64,000 bases of DNA, from the NCBI GenBank assembly GCA_051294375.1, contig JBJCIZ010000239.1, positions 6,487,996-6,551,995 of the forward strand, written 5' to 3'. Source of the stretch: Paraspadella gotoi (Eukaryota > Animalia > Chaetognatha). Made by a program: the position numbers and the translations under genes. The notes beneath the pieces were generated by a model. The model made no database searches. It was given only the letters and a program-made list of their open reading frames with translations, and was not told the DNA's origin. Below are positions 28,301 to 42,900 of this stretch, one piece after another (the first letter of the stretch is position 1; each line of letters starts with the position of its first letter).

Positions 28301-31300
28301 ATTTTTATTTTTTATTTTAAAATTTATTTGTTTATTGTTTTTGTTGTTTGTTTTTATTTTTTAATATCTTTTAATTCTTTATGTTTATTTTTGTTAAATT
28401 ATTTTTTATTTTAATTATTGTTTCTTCATTATATTTTTATTATAAAATTTTTTTTTTTATTTTTATTTTTTTTAATTTAAATTACTATTTACAAATTTGT
28501 TATAATTTTTTTCTTTAAAATTTATTTAAAAGTATATTTGTTCTAATTTATTTTTTTTCACAAATATAAATTATTTTTATGAAATTCTTTTTATTTTTAT
28601 TAAAATTTTATCAATTTTATTATTTTTGTTGTTGTATTATTAATTTTTATTTGTTTTTTATTCTATTATTTTTTTTTAATAATTTTTCTTATTCTTGTAA
28701 AAATGATTTATTTTAATTTTTTTAAAAATTTTTCTTTTTTTTATTATTTTTTATTATAAAAATTGTAATAATTTTTATTTCAAAAAAATAATTTGTATTC
28801 TTTTTTTTATAAAAAATTTATAAATTTAATAAATTTTTTCTTCATTTTATTTCATCCATTATATTTTACATTTAATTTTTTTTAATTATTGTTCTTTAAA
28901 AAAACCAATAATTTTTATTTATTATTTTTATTATTAATTTTTTTTTTTTTATTCTATTTCTTTTATTTTTTTTAAAATTAATTAAATTTTGTTTTTAATT
29001 TTTTATTATTTTATTTTTGTTAATAAATTTATTTTCTTAAAATGTTTAAAATTTTTTTTTAATTTTTTTATATTTTTTTTTTTTAAATTTTTTCAAAATT
29101 CTTATTTTTTTATAATTATTTTTTTTTTTTTTTTAATAATTTAATCTTTATTATTAGATCAAATTTTTTTTTTTTATTTTATTTTTTTTTTTTTTATTTT
29201 TTTTAAATTTATAAATTTTTTTAAATATTTTTTAATTTTTCTTTTTTTAATCTATTATTTTGTACGTTTTTAAATGTTATTTTTGGTAATATCTTAAAAA
29301 ATTTTTTTTTGGTTATTAATTTTACCCATATTAATATTTAATTTTTTATCTAATAAATTTCTTCCAAAAATTTTTTTTTTTATGATTCTTTGTTTAATTT
29401 CGTTTCTAATTTTTATTTATTATTTTTTATCTGTGTACTATGTACTTAAATTCTAATAATCTTCTTTTATTTTTTCTTTTTTTTTGTTAACATATCCATA
29501 AAATTAAATTTTTTTTAATTTTTTTTCTCTTTTTTTTTTATTAATGCTCTGCATTTTCTTTTTATATTGTTTGTCTCTCAAATTTTTGTAATTTTTTTTT
29601 TCCCCTTTTTTCTTTTTAAACATCTTATCTCTTTTTATTCTTTTATTCTAAATTTTATTCTTTTTTTTTTTTTAAATCTTTATGTTTTTCTTATAGAAAA
29701 GCTTTTGAAATTTTTCGATTTTATAAGGATAGTACTATATTATAATATAGCCTACTGCGAAAATTAAAAAACATAAAATTAATTTTTTTTTTACAAATTA
29801 AATGTTCACTATGGTATGTTGTTCATAATTGACTTTTAGAATTTTTCGTACTGTAACTTCACTACGCCTTAATATACATATTAATGGGTTTTTGATGTTA
29901 TTGATAGGTGATTTAATTATTTTTAAGACAAACTGTGAATTAAACAGAGAGACAGGAAGAGCCATTTCAGTGAACACGATGCGAGAACATTACAAAAAAA
30001 TTAAAGGCTGTACAAAGTCTGCATAATACTAGTTATGCTATTATTAATAGCACGCAAAATTTCTAAAAATATTAAATTCATTAGCCTCAATGTTAACCTT
30101 CACAGCCTTTCTCTCTCATCCACTATGGAAGCGTATGACGGATAGAGCGATGAGATTACTTAACGTAATTTGATGACAGCTGCACGGCCAAAGTCCCAAA
30201 CCGAGGTGATAATAAAAGGTGACGGTCGGTGATTGTACTTACTCACCGGCCGCGCGAACGGCGTCGAACTTCCTTACCTGCCGAGAAAAAGTGGGAGAAA
30301 TTGAATGAATTATGGTGGACTAAATCTCGCCAAACCGTTTCATCAGCGGCCATGGTGCCCGCAAGGCAAGTCATTCGCCTCCAACACCAAAGGATACGGC
30401 GGTTCAAGCCGCGTGTGGTCGTATCGGAGGTTAAGAGGGACGGGACGCTTAACCCGCCTGTATCATGGTGTATACAGCCCTGCATCCGAACGCGCAGGGA
30501 CTGCTGATATTCTGTCACTAAACAACATAACAATAGTTACTGTTCTCAGAATTATTAAATAGCTCAATTAACTCAACTTTTTTGTATGAGCTTAAAATAG
30601 TTGTTTCAATTCCGTAATAAGCTTTTTTCTCTCAATCTCATTTATTATTTGCTTTAGGCTAAAACTCTAGCTAGTTTTTTTTGTGCATTGTTGAGAAGAA
30701 TTCTGTTTAGAAGTACAAGATTTAGGGTAACATTAGGGTTAGTGATTAGATTAAATTAGAAAAATAAATTAGGATTTATATTCTGGATTTGATAAAACTT
30801 TACGAATAGATCGGTAAAAATATTAAGCGTTTAAAATCAAATTCCAAATTAAATCTAAAGAACCGAAAATAGGCTAGTCTGTTGCATAAAGTCAGCGTTG
30901 GTAACGCTCCCTTCAAATTCATCATTGCAACGAATTTTCTGCTTCAAACCTCAACCCACTGGAAACATCTTAAACGTCTTGAACGCTTTCCGAATCCTCC
31001 GTTCGTGAATACTTTTTCTCCCGTAGTTGTGTAAGTCTTTTTCTCACTCATTCGCTTGTAAGTGTTGTAAAGGCCATGTAATATTGTTTAAATTCTTTCA
31101 AAGTAGAGGATCTGGAAAAAAAGAGCGTGGTTTTTTTTTTTTTTGTTGGTTTGTTATAAAGCACTGTTGTCGGTAGTACGTTTTACCCTTCAACTCGGCT
31201 GACCAGATCAACAACAGCTATGGCGCCGGAGGTAACATGCACTCCTCCCAACTCAACCAGGTTAGGGTTCACAACCTGCTAAGGGGGCGTCTAAACCCAC

Positions 31301-34300
31301 CTGTAAGTGACGGCTAACAGCTCGCGGCATTGTCCTCCAGTGGTTAGCCCAATTACAATCATGCTGCATACGCTACACCTTCTGCCCGGGCCTGTTAAAA
31401 CAACTCTGCCCCTCAACCAATGCTGGAAAGACGGAGCCAGGGGACAGAAGCCGTCGAAAGGCACTCAGCAGCATCAACCAACAGCATTCAGACTATCACA
31501 CTTTAGGGCCGGCGGCGATGCCGAGGAGGATTTGTTCTGTGGTAGTACAAATAATACCACACAAGTTCATCCAAGAATGAGCAGCACTTATGCTGTCAGA
31601 CGGTACAACCGCCAAAGACTTGGGTTCGTTCCCTGCCTGATTCAATACAAGTGGAGGCGTGATGGGGTGTCTAACCCACTTTGTAGTGACAGACTACAGC
31701 ACAGTTAAAGTATTGGACCTTGTGTGCAATGAACGATGGTCCTGGCATCGTTTTTTTACAACCACCTATTTTAACCTCAAATTTTGTCTAAGTTTAAACA
31801 CATAGGCTCAGGGTATTAGAGTTAAGGACTACTTAATATAGATTAGTTAGGGATTAGGCGTTAGGGGATTTTGTTTGCTAGTTATCTAGATAAAGAATTA
31901 GATTTCTAGAATTAGGATTAAAGTTAAGCATTTCGGTTTAGGGAATAGTCAGGAAAAGATTAAGGTCTAACTTAAAAATAATAACTAGACTGAGGGAAAG
32001 GACCAGATATAAGGCTTTTGTGGAAGAAAAGTTTTTGGGACTTTTTGAAACTGTTCGATAATTGAATCATCTCGAGTAAGACAGGTGTCATGCTTATAGC
32101 GGGGGTGAACTTATGCACCGACTACACCCTTCTCACTTAAAACTCCTTCACCAATTTCTAACCCACCCAAAAATGAAAACCCCTTACCGTCATCGAAGAT
32201 GTTTCTGGTAGCGAAAAAACGAATGTTTGTAGAGCGGCGACTGGTGAGGCACTCGCTAAGCGGCGACCGCCGCGGCGGAGACGGTAGGCGAGGCGCGTGG
32301 CGAGTGCGTGGCGTGGAGGGAGTGTTTGAAGGGGGTGGCGACGACGTCGACGACGATGTTGGCTTCTCTGGTCCCCTTCTTTGCGAATTCTTCGGTCGTT
32401 TCTTGGTTCGTTTCTTCGGCAGCCGGCTTCCTTTTGGCATTACCGATCATTCCCAGGAGTCGCTCGCAAGTGTCGGCATTCGCTCGTGGTCCAGAGGAAA
32501 GGATAAAAGAGTCATGACTTTGTCCGGGAGGATAGGGGTAGACGCTGCGGTTTCTTCACGTGCATCTGGTTGATGGCACCAAGGTAAGCAGCGACCTTTC
32601 GCGTTGAGTTCCAGTGTTTAGGGAGAAGACGAACGATTTTTGTTTTCGAAGCGTTTGGCGCTGTGGATATTGAAGCGTTTAGGATAGAGTTAGATCGAAT
32701 AGAGGAAGATAGAAGATAATCGGGTGGTAAGATGGTCACAAGCTTAGTCGCAGATAGTCTTTACAGTTACATGAAGGCTAGTGCATAGTACAACAAAAGA
32801 TTCCCTGGTCTAAAATTGGAGGGGGTTGTCTTATAAAACATTCATTGAATTATTCTCCATCCCATTATAAGAGGCCAGATGCACTGGAACTTCCTTAACT
32901 AGACTGATGGGAGAGTCTGATTGAAAGCTTCGAATCTCGCTATGAAATAAAGTACCACCTTATAAAAATTATACTTATATTGGAATAAACAATTATCTTG
33001 CCCCTGACATTATGTCTTGGATAGTCTAGGGTCGGTTTTTTTGGCCTTCATCGCTCATACAAGATTTTACGAAGATCCTTGAACGTTTTCAATTAGACGC
33101 AATCATAGTTTAGTTTACTTACTCCCTTTGTCTCGGCTTCCCTATCAATATTAATTCAATGGGATGATTGTAAATATCTTGTAAAAATGGATTGCAGGCG
33201 GGCTTCTTCCTCTCTCTCCTCCTCTCTCCCAACTCCTCCTCCTTTTTCCCTCCCCCCTTTCCTGCAGAGTAAAAAGGAAGGACTTTGTCTTTCAATCTCT
33301 TTCGTTGACGTAGAGTGCGAGATTGTCCCCGTACACCTGTCGGGTTTGGTTTGGAGAACAAAGTGACCCCAGCCTGCACAGGAAGTTTGATGAGAGTACA
33401 TGACCCCGCCTGATGTAGCCGAGGAAGAACGGGGCTTTGAATGAACATCATGCAGGCATTGGGAAGGTAGAGGCCAGGGAAGAGGAAGATCATCAACGGC
33501 GCCGACAGCTTTCTGCTTAACCTACGGACGGGAATGTGCGAATTACGGAAGGGGGGCAGGAGGGTGAGGGGCCGGTGGGTAGTGTGTGAGGAAGTAGGGG
33601 TGTGGGAAGGGGAAACTTTGGACTCTAAGCAAGTCTCTTACCCACATTTTTACGCCCCATACAATACTGATGTATATTGACAAAAAAGCAATTTGAACTT
33701 TTACAATGTATCATAAAAAATACCTCGAGACTATGTGATTTCTTGAAACAGGCAGTCGTCATAACGTCTCTGCTCTATAAATATTTTTTTTTCTTGAGGC
33801 ATGCTTAGTACCATGGTTTTGAATTTGATATTAAACATGGTCGTTTGAGCTCTGAAAAGTCAGCTTAGGTCCAGGTTGTTGCTGACTATTTCCCATTTAG
33901 CAACTTGGCCTATCCTCGTCTGACGTGGAGAGAGAAAAAGAAAAAAATGGAGGAAAATAACTAAAAAATTTAAAATTTGTATATTTGTCCAAATTTCTTT
34001 TTTTTAAACATCAATTTTTCTGCATCGCATTCTGGCTATATCCATCTAAAACAGACGACAAGAACAACAACGACAATCACTCTCTCTCTGTCTCTCTTCT
34101 GTCTCTCTCTTCTCTTTCTTTCTCTTTCTCTTTCTTTCTTTCTTTCTCTTTGTACTATATATTCATTGCTATGCTAATTGTATTTATTTTATGAAATTCA
34201 TATTTTTAATTTCGGTGTCACTGATTAAAAGAATAGATAAAATATATATAATAGTAATATTATCATATAAATAATTAATTATTATATTAGTTAAAATTTC

Positions 34301-37300
34301 TTTTACAGATAAAATATTACCGATGAGATGAAAAAATGAAATACTTAAATAAAAATATTGAATAAATAAATAATAAAATAAATCAAATCAAAAATTACAG
34401 ATAAAATATTAGAGATTAGTTATGACATAAGATATATAAATCTTAAAAACTTCAAATATTCTTTAAAAGTCATCACTGTACTCTCCATGCCTCTCCATAG
34501 TGAAATACAATCATTCTTACAAATTTCATAAAAATAAAAAGCATTATATTATAAAATATATATAACAGATTGAAAAAAAAGGCTATGCATTCTGGACCCT
34601 CGCCTTTTCTGTCCTAGCCTTGGGCAAACAAATTCAGTGTGGAGAGGTCGATCTTGGATTTCGTTTTCGTGTAAAGAAGGGGAATCCGAATCGGATTCTC
34701 TGTAGGGGGGGAGGTGTGGAGATGAAAAAAATGGGGTGGCGGTGGAGGGGGGTGTAATATTAAACATCAGAGGGGAGTTATTAATTAAGTTCAGATGGAT
34801 AAAATTAAATAAAAAAAACTATAATGTTAAACCTAAAAATTAAAAAACGGGTTAATAATAAGTAATTAATAATTTGATAAATAATTTGAAAACCAATTAA
34901 TGTATACCATCTTTTTAACGACTCATCAATCTTACCTCCCCCTATTATTAAAAAACAGATTTTATTTAAAATTTTGACTTATTTGTATGTATTACTACTT
35001 ATAAACATAAAATAAACTTACAAAAATATTTTTGAAGGTTTAAATTTTTTCTATGTTTATTAAATCAAATATTATTGCAGAATTAAGTTTGCTTTCAAGG
35101 TTATTGCGATTAAGATTTGATTTTTAGTTAGGAATCTAGGGTTATAGGATTAAGGTTTAGGTTTATAAGATTAAGGTTTAGAGGATTAAGTGAGGAATTT
35201 AGAAATTGAAATTAGGAATTAAGGTTAAGAGAAATGATAGGTAAAACTGAATATTAACCGTGTAGCGACTTCCCTGTTGGTAATTTTGTTTTCTGCTTTT
35301 AAAGCACTGACTTAAAAAAATATTTTTTTGCTAAAAAAAGAATAGTTGTTTTTCAAAAACCACCCTAACCCTAATATTAAACCACCCTCTTACCCTGTGC
35401 TACCCTTAACCCTAACTACCCCTAATCCTAACACCCTTAACCTTAACCACCCCTAACCATGAACCACCCCCTAACTCCTCGCCATCCTCTAAGCTCCTAA
35501 CTTTAAAATACCCTTACACTTAATCAAACTTTTATTTTTTCCTAATAATATCAAACCAAGGTAATGATATATGCAAAAAAATAAATAACCGACCGTCCTC
35601 GGATTGTGGTCGGCGAAAAGTACAATTATGCCGAATGATTTTTTAGGGCGAGGATTTTGAAAAAAAAAAGTTCAGCTGGATGAGAAACAGAAATGGCGGG
35701 TCGCTGATCCAGGGAAAAAAAATAATACTAGGTTTTAAAAATTATATAATTATATCTTAATTAAATTCCTAATACTCACCCATCTCAATCCTCCATCTGA
35801 CCGCACCCAGCTTCGTCGATCATCTTGAGAAAGACCTCGTCCAAGGAGCGTCATCGAGATCCCGTAGTTCTCGATCCGACGATCGGCCAATGGTGGCAGG
35901 ATCCTCCAGGCTGGCGAAGAGAAGCGGGAACTGAGCCGCGGATTCGCGGGGAGAGGTGAAGATGATTTCCTGTGAATATCGGAGAGAATGAGGATAGAGG
36001 GTGAAGGGGGTGGCTTTTCCGTGATATGGAGAGGATGGGTAAGGGAGTGAAGTGTTCCTGTGAATAATCGGAGAGTGAGATGGGGGGGTTAGGGGGAAGA
36101 AAAAGGGTGTAAAGTGGAGAAGGAGGAGTGTAGGGTTAAGTCAGTGGAGTGCCCAACCAATTCTTTGTAAAGTTGAAGGAAATATAGAATTATTTATGTA
36201 ACTTGGCAAAATGAAATCGGTTTGGGTCTCTTTTTTAAAAGAACTCCTTAAATGTTATTGGGTATATTTTTTCAAATGTCTTAAGCTTTAATGAAAGTAA
36301 TTTACTAATATTTGAAATAGGAACTTTGTGTTGGCGCCTTTAATGTTGTCTTTTAAATTGTTTTTTTTTTTACTCAAAGCCCTAACCTTTTCCCACATCT
36401 AAATTCTTATACTCTTTGGAACCTCACCTGGCCGTGCACGCCTCCCAGGCGTCGCCGAAGGCAGATAATTCATCACGAAGTTCGCTTATTTTGTCCCACG
36501 TTCATGATCCTTTTGTCACGCAGGGTTCAGGTTGATAACCCAGCGCCGAATCTGTAGATAAGTTTGTGCCTTTTTTTATTCCAAAAACGTCCCCGTTTTA
36601 TCTGAATCCGGAATTACATGGTGAAATTTTACAAGCGCCGGAGAAATACGTTCATTTGCAAACCAGTTGGTATATTCTTCATTGATTTTAAAAATTAGTT
36701 GATATAAATACTAAAAACTATTTATGTTGTTAAAATTTTATATTGATCACGGTTAAGATAGTTTGACAATGAGTGGAGAAACGTTGGCTTTTCATCGGGT
36801 ATAATTTTCCAACTCACTGTTTTAAATTAAATTTTTTTTTTAACTTTTTAGCACTTTTTTAAAAAAAATATTTATTAAATATTAACAATATTAATATCCT
36901 CAGAAAGCCTTTTAAAAATATGAAGAGAATGATATCCTTACGAAAGCTCTAACATAAAGAAGTGAGCTGCCCAGCCTTGGTTCAATTAAGAGTGTCAAAA
37001 GTAATTATTTAAAATTTTAAATTTAAAAAAAAAAAAAGTTTTATGACCCTGTTTAACATTATTATAACATAAAATATTATTATTTATCATGAAAGAGCCT
37101 GAGAAAAAAGGATTTAAGATAGCCAATCACAATTTAAATTTACTCTCCAGCCTATTGATTTTTAAAAAGATGCTCTCGTTTTTGAATATGCCTAATTAAT
37201 ATTAAAGCTGGGCCAGTTAAATTTTATACTACAGTATTTGTAAAGTACGTCATTCTTTTTAGATTGAAAGGGCTTTCAGAAGATAAAAAATTAATATTTA

Positions 37301-39859
37301 TTTTTTTCAAATTTCTTTAGAAAAACTTAGAGAGAAAAAAATTAAATACGTAAAAAAAGTGAGTTGGAACAATAAAACCCGATTTACAACGCCAACTTTC
37401 TCCATCTCATTGTCAAGGCATAAATCTTAAAGCAGATCAAATATATAAAATTGAAACATAAAATTATTTTTATATGTTTTATTTAACTAATTTTTAAAAA
37501 TCATTGAAATAACACTAGTTGCAAATGTCAGCGCTTTTTTACCGGCGCTTGTTAAAATTGTCACATGTTGAAATCAGATTTTACCGTTTTTTAAAGCTCA
37601 GGTTAGAAATTAAGGTCAGAAGATTTAGCTAGGGTTTAGGTTTAGAATTTGGTTCGCTCGATACAGATTAGGGTAAAAGAAATATGTTATGGGCGTTTTA
37701 AAATAAAGGAGAATTAAACTATTATGTTAAATAAAAATTCAGAGATTAAGGAACAGAAATAGAGCACTTTTTACGAACAAAAAAGCTTTTAAAGTCTGAA
37801 ACTTTAATCAAATCCATTAGGAACAGAAATGAGGCCGGTTTTCAGAAAATAGTTTCTCATACTTATTTCTTTCAGAAAATTGAGGAGCCCAGATGCACTG
37901 GAGGTATCTCGTTGATGAGGATGCGCCTTTCTGTCGGCCAGCGATGTCGGCTTTCGTCCATCGAAGTGTGTCTTGTCAAGATGATTACCTTTTTTTCGTT
38001 TTTTGGGGGTTTTTTATAAATAATAATTGATGAATAAATAAATAAATGGATTTAATACAATAAAAAGATTGATAAATACAATGATTAAGAAAACGCTCGA
38101 GGTAAGTCTAAAGAGAAGAAAGAAAAAGAGCAAAGAGTTGAAAGAAAATTACAGACAAAGAGAGAGAGATAGGAACAGAGAGTAGCGTGTGCATAAAGAT
38201 GAAAATAGAGGGAGGGAGAGAGAGAGCGATGAAGGAGAGATGAGAGAGAGGATGAGAGAGAGAGAGAGAGAGAGAGAAGAGAGAGAAAGAGAGAAGATCC
38301 GCCAGAACCGCCTTCAACCTTCCCCTGCTTTCCTCCTTCAGACGATCCCACGAAGACGCCGCTCCTCGAGAAAGGGTCCAACCGGCCGTGGGTTCGTCGA
38401 AGCAGCACCATCTTTCGGATCCCCGTCAACCGCGATGGCGACCGAAAGTCTTACCGCTTCTGTCCTCCGCCTCAACTTTCTCGTCCACCGTGTCTTTCTT
38501 CTCCCAAGGAGAATTGTTCAGACGACTTTTCGCGTCTTTGAGCGGACTTGTTCTTATTGTTTGCCGGATGCCCTGTCGTGGAGACGGGAGGGAGGGAGCG
38601 AAGCTTTGGCGGGAGAGGGGAGCGAGAAGAGACCTTTTTGACTCGCAGAGTAGCAGAGAGAGAGGAGAGATAGATGAGAGATCGAGAGGAGAGAGAGAGA
38701 GAAGAGAGAAGAGAGAGAGCAGAGAGAGAAGAGAGAGAGAGAAAGCAGAGAGAAGAGAGAAAATAAACAAAGAATTGATTTTTCGAATGCTCCAAAGTTA
38801 TTAAAGTTTACACGAAAACAAATGATACCATACAATTAAAAAAAGTAAAATAAATTAACAGAAACTCACAATGTAATGTACTACATAGTTTACATTTTCA
38901 GTGTTTACACAAAAAAGAGAGAAAGAGGGGGAGAGAGGGAGAGAGAGAGACACAAGCCTCACCCGCTCACCTGGAATCTGCTGAAGAGGACCAAATGTTC
39001 CTTGCAGGTCAAATTGTCGAAGATGATGTCGTGTTGGGGACAAATGCCTGTCATCTGAAGAGGAGAAGGACGTGAACGGTGAACCCGTCTTTCGTCTCTT
39101 ATCGATATGAAAAAAAGGCTTTTTCTCTGACCCCTTGTCTGTAAGCTTCTCCTTTTGTGTCCTTCAATCTATCAATCAATCAATCAAGCAATCTACCAAA
39201 CAATCAATCAATCAGATAATCAAGCTTTCAATCACTCAATTACTCAATCGGTCAGTCAACCAATCATTCATTCAATAAATCACTAAGTCGATCAATCACT
39301 CAGTCAATCAATCACTTACTTAATCAATCACTCAGTCAATAAACCATTAACTCAATCAATAACTCAGTCGATCAATCACTAACTCAATCAATCAATCACT
39401 TACTCAATCAATCACTCAGTCAATGATTCACTTTTCTCCTTCATAACCTCAAGTTTTTTTCTTTCTTTCTTTAATCTCCCTTCATTCTCTCCCCCCTTCA
39501 TCCCCCCGATCCCCACGACCCACCCCTCGTATCGCCGTCATCCCGAACGGGTCCGTGATGTCGTTCCCGTACAGCCGGGCCGTACCGCCCGTGGGCCGGA
39601 CGAGTCCGATCAACATGTTGATGGTGGTCGTCTTCCCGGCGCCGTTGGGCCCGAGGATGCACGTGATCTGAGTGGGGGCGCTTAGAGCGGTCTGCATGGG
39701 TAGAGAACCGACTGCCGGAGACGGGGAGTGCGTGGGCGGCGTGAGCTTTGGCGGAGATGGGCGTATCTGAGATGTGGGTAACAGGACGAGGGCGAAATTT
39801 GGTTTGTGGCAGGCGGGGGGCACCTCTCTCCTCTACTCTCTGCGTGCTCGTCTCTCTCT

Positions 39860-39905
<46 letters not shown>

Positions 39906-42900
39906 TTGACACATTTTTGTCTGTGTAAATCAAATTCAATTTTAACGCTGATGAAGGCTCGCGAATAGAGCCGAAACATGTACGTTTTTTAAATGAAAAT
40001 AAAATCGTTGTTGTAAACAATTCAAACGCTTTTTCTAAATGATAAAAAACTATAATAAAAAACCCTAACCATAACTATCCAAAACCCTAAACCATCCCTA
40101 ACCCTAAACAGTAAACACCCTGTAACCCGAGTTGGAGAATTTAAAATTAAGACTCTTTTTTTAATCCCTCAACTTGAATTTTTAAAACTAATATTTAATC
40201 CTAATCTGTTATTAAACATGAAACATGATCCAACCTGGACCATTTATTCAATATTCATTAATTCTCCTTGACCACTCGTCATACATCAGACCGCGTGGCC
40301 AAATGGAGAAGGCGTCTGACTACGAATCAGGAGATTGAGGGTTCGAGTCCCTCCGCGGTTAACATTCAAAACTATTTAAACTATGCGAAATATTTTGTTT
40401 AATTTCTTCAGGCCAATCATATTATCTTTTATCCAAGCTTTTGCGTCCGAGCTCTTTGAGACTTGTTTACTCCTTTTGCTTTACCTTCAAAGCGATCTTC
40501 CCATCCAAGCTTGGGCGTCCAAGCTTTCTCTCTGGCTCAATTTTAAAACGATCTTCCCATTCAAGCTCTTGGCATCCAAGCTTTCTCTCTGCCTCACTTT
40601 TAAAGAGATCTTCGTGTCCAAGCTCTTGGCGTTAAAGCTCTCTCTCCAACTTATCTTCAAAGCAATCTTCCAATCCAAGCTCTTGGCATCCAAGCTTTCT
40701 CTCTGCCTCACTTTTAAAGCAATCTTCACATCCAAGCTCTTGGCGTCCAAGCTCTCTCTCCGCCTCACCTTTAATGCAATCTTCCCATCCAAGCTCTTGG
40801 CATCCAAGATTTTTCTCTGCCTTACCTTTTAAGCGATTATTCAATCCAAGCTTTCTCTCTGCCTCACCTTCAATGCGATCATACCATCTTGCATTGCGAT
40901 GCGATCTTCCCATCCAAGCTTTCTCTCTGCCTCACCTTCAAAGCAATCTTCCCATCCAAACTTTCTCTCTGCCTCACCTTCAAAGCGATCTTCCCATCCA
41001 AACTTTCTCTCTACCTCACCTTCAAAGCTATCTTCCCATCCAAACTTTCTCTCTGCCTCACCTTCAAAGTGATCTTCCCATTCAAGCTTTCTCTCTGCCT
41101 CACCTTCAAAGCAATCTTCCCATCCAAGCTTTCTCTCAGCCTCACCTTCAAAGTGATCTTCCCATCCAAACCAGTATATAAGGTGATAGACAGACGCGGG
41201 TCTATTACCCCCTCCTTCTCATTCACCTCCTCTTCATCCTCCTCCCAGGGATTCGGGGCCGCGTTCACGAGATTCAGTTCACCTTCCTCTATTCTCCTAC
41301 TAGTTTCTCCCCTTTTTTTACTCTCATGATTGTCGCCGTATAGATTTTCCTGCCGTCGTGACTTTACTTCCGGTTAGGATACCTTTTCAGAGCAAACTTT
41401 CTCTCTGCCTCACTTTCAAAGCGATCTTCCCATCCAAACTTTCTCTCTGCCTCACCTACAAAGCGATCTTCCCATCCAAGCTTTCTCTCTGCCTCATCTT
41501 CAAAGCGATCTTCCCATCGAAACTTTCTCTCTGCCTCACCTTCAAAGGGATCTTCCCATCCAAGCTTTCTCTCTGCCTCTCCTTCAAAGCGATCTTCCCA
41601 TCCAAGCTTTCTCTCTGCCTCACCTTCAAAGCGATCTTCCCATCCAAGCTCTTGGGGACGGGTTCAACTACTTCCGACACTAGGTCCGCGTTGGTCGCGT
41701 CGTCAGCTTCGATGTTCGGCAACTCTCTCCTTCTGTTTTGACAGCAGGACCAGTAGTGGGGAGTGCAAAAGAAACAAGGGTTTCTCTGAAGGAGGGGGGG
41801 AAGGAAGGGGGCGGGAGGTGGGTTGTGTAGTAAGGCGTAGTGAAAGTTACATACGAAAATTCTAAAAGTCATTTATGAACAACATACCCTCAGTGAACAT
41901 TAATTTGTAAAAAAAATTAATTTTATGTTTTTTAATTTTCGCAGTAGGCTATATTTATATATAGTACTATCCTTATAAAATCAAAAAATTCAAAATAGGC
42001 TTTTCTTAATTTTGATTGCAGATTTGAATTCCTCGTCAAAAGTTGATAAAGAAAATATAAATCATTTTTAAAAATTCTTTCATTAAGTGGGTTAAAAATT
42101 AAAAAAACTATATTTAATATATAAAAAGTTAATTTTCAGCTTAAAATATAGCTTTTTCTAATTTTTGACTCACTTAATGAAGGAATTTTTCAAAAAGTTA
42201 TATTTCTTTTTACCAACTTTTTATGACGAATCAAATCTGCAAAAAAATCTTAGAAAAAACTGTTTGAAATTTTAACATTTATGGTTTAGTACTAGTATAA
42301 ATATGGCCTACTGCGTAAATTGTAAAATTATTAGAATTTTTTTATTACAAATGTTTATTAGTATAGATTGGTTCGTTCCTCACTTTTAGAATTTAATTAA
42401 AGTTAAATTTAGAAATTTTACTACGCCTTATTGTGTAGTCAGGCATAGCAAAGTTCACCCCGCCTCTAAGCATGACACCTTCAGTCAAGATCCGGTGGCT
42501 CATTGAGTAAAGCCATCAGCTCATAACCACTAGGTACCGGGTTCAATCCCAACCCGGTACTTCCCTGCGGAAGTGTGAGGACGGCCGTAAGCGCCTTGGG
42601 GGCGTGGAAAACCCTCAAGCCTGGTTCCAAGCCCAGGACCCGTTCCATAGCTGCTAGAGGGGGTTAAAGAAGTTGCGGATAGTCATCTTCAGCCCACTTA
42701 GCGCCTTATCCATACTGGTGAGCCCATCCTGTTGAGCATATTCCAACCTTTTGATTCCAGGCCCATGGACGTGCTGAAGATTGCTCCCCTCCCTCCACTG
42801 GAAGCAGTGCAGGTGGGTTACAATCTGGGGGCATGTAGTCGGGCATAGCAAAGTTCACCCCGCCTCTCAAGCATGACACCTTAGGTTCGTGACCGTTTGG

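Noticed and set aside
40383-41741. CRISPR array, or real plus-strand repeat-protein ORFs
   Set aside because: Contiguous tandem units with no unique spacers and no cas genes. The ORFs arise from the 42-bp period.
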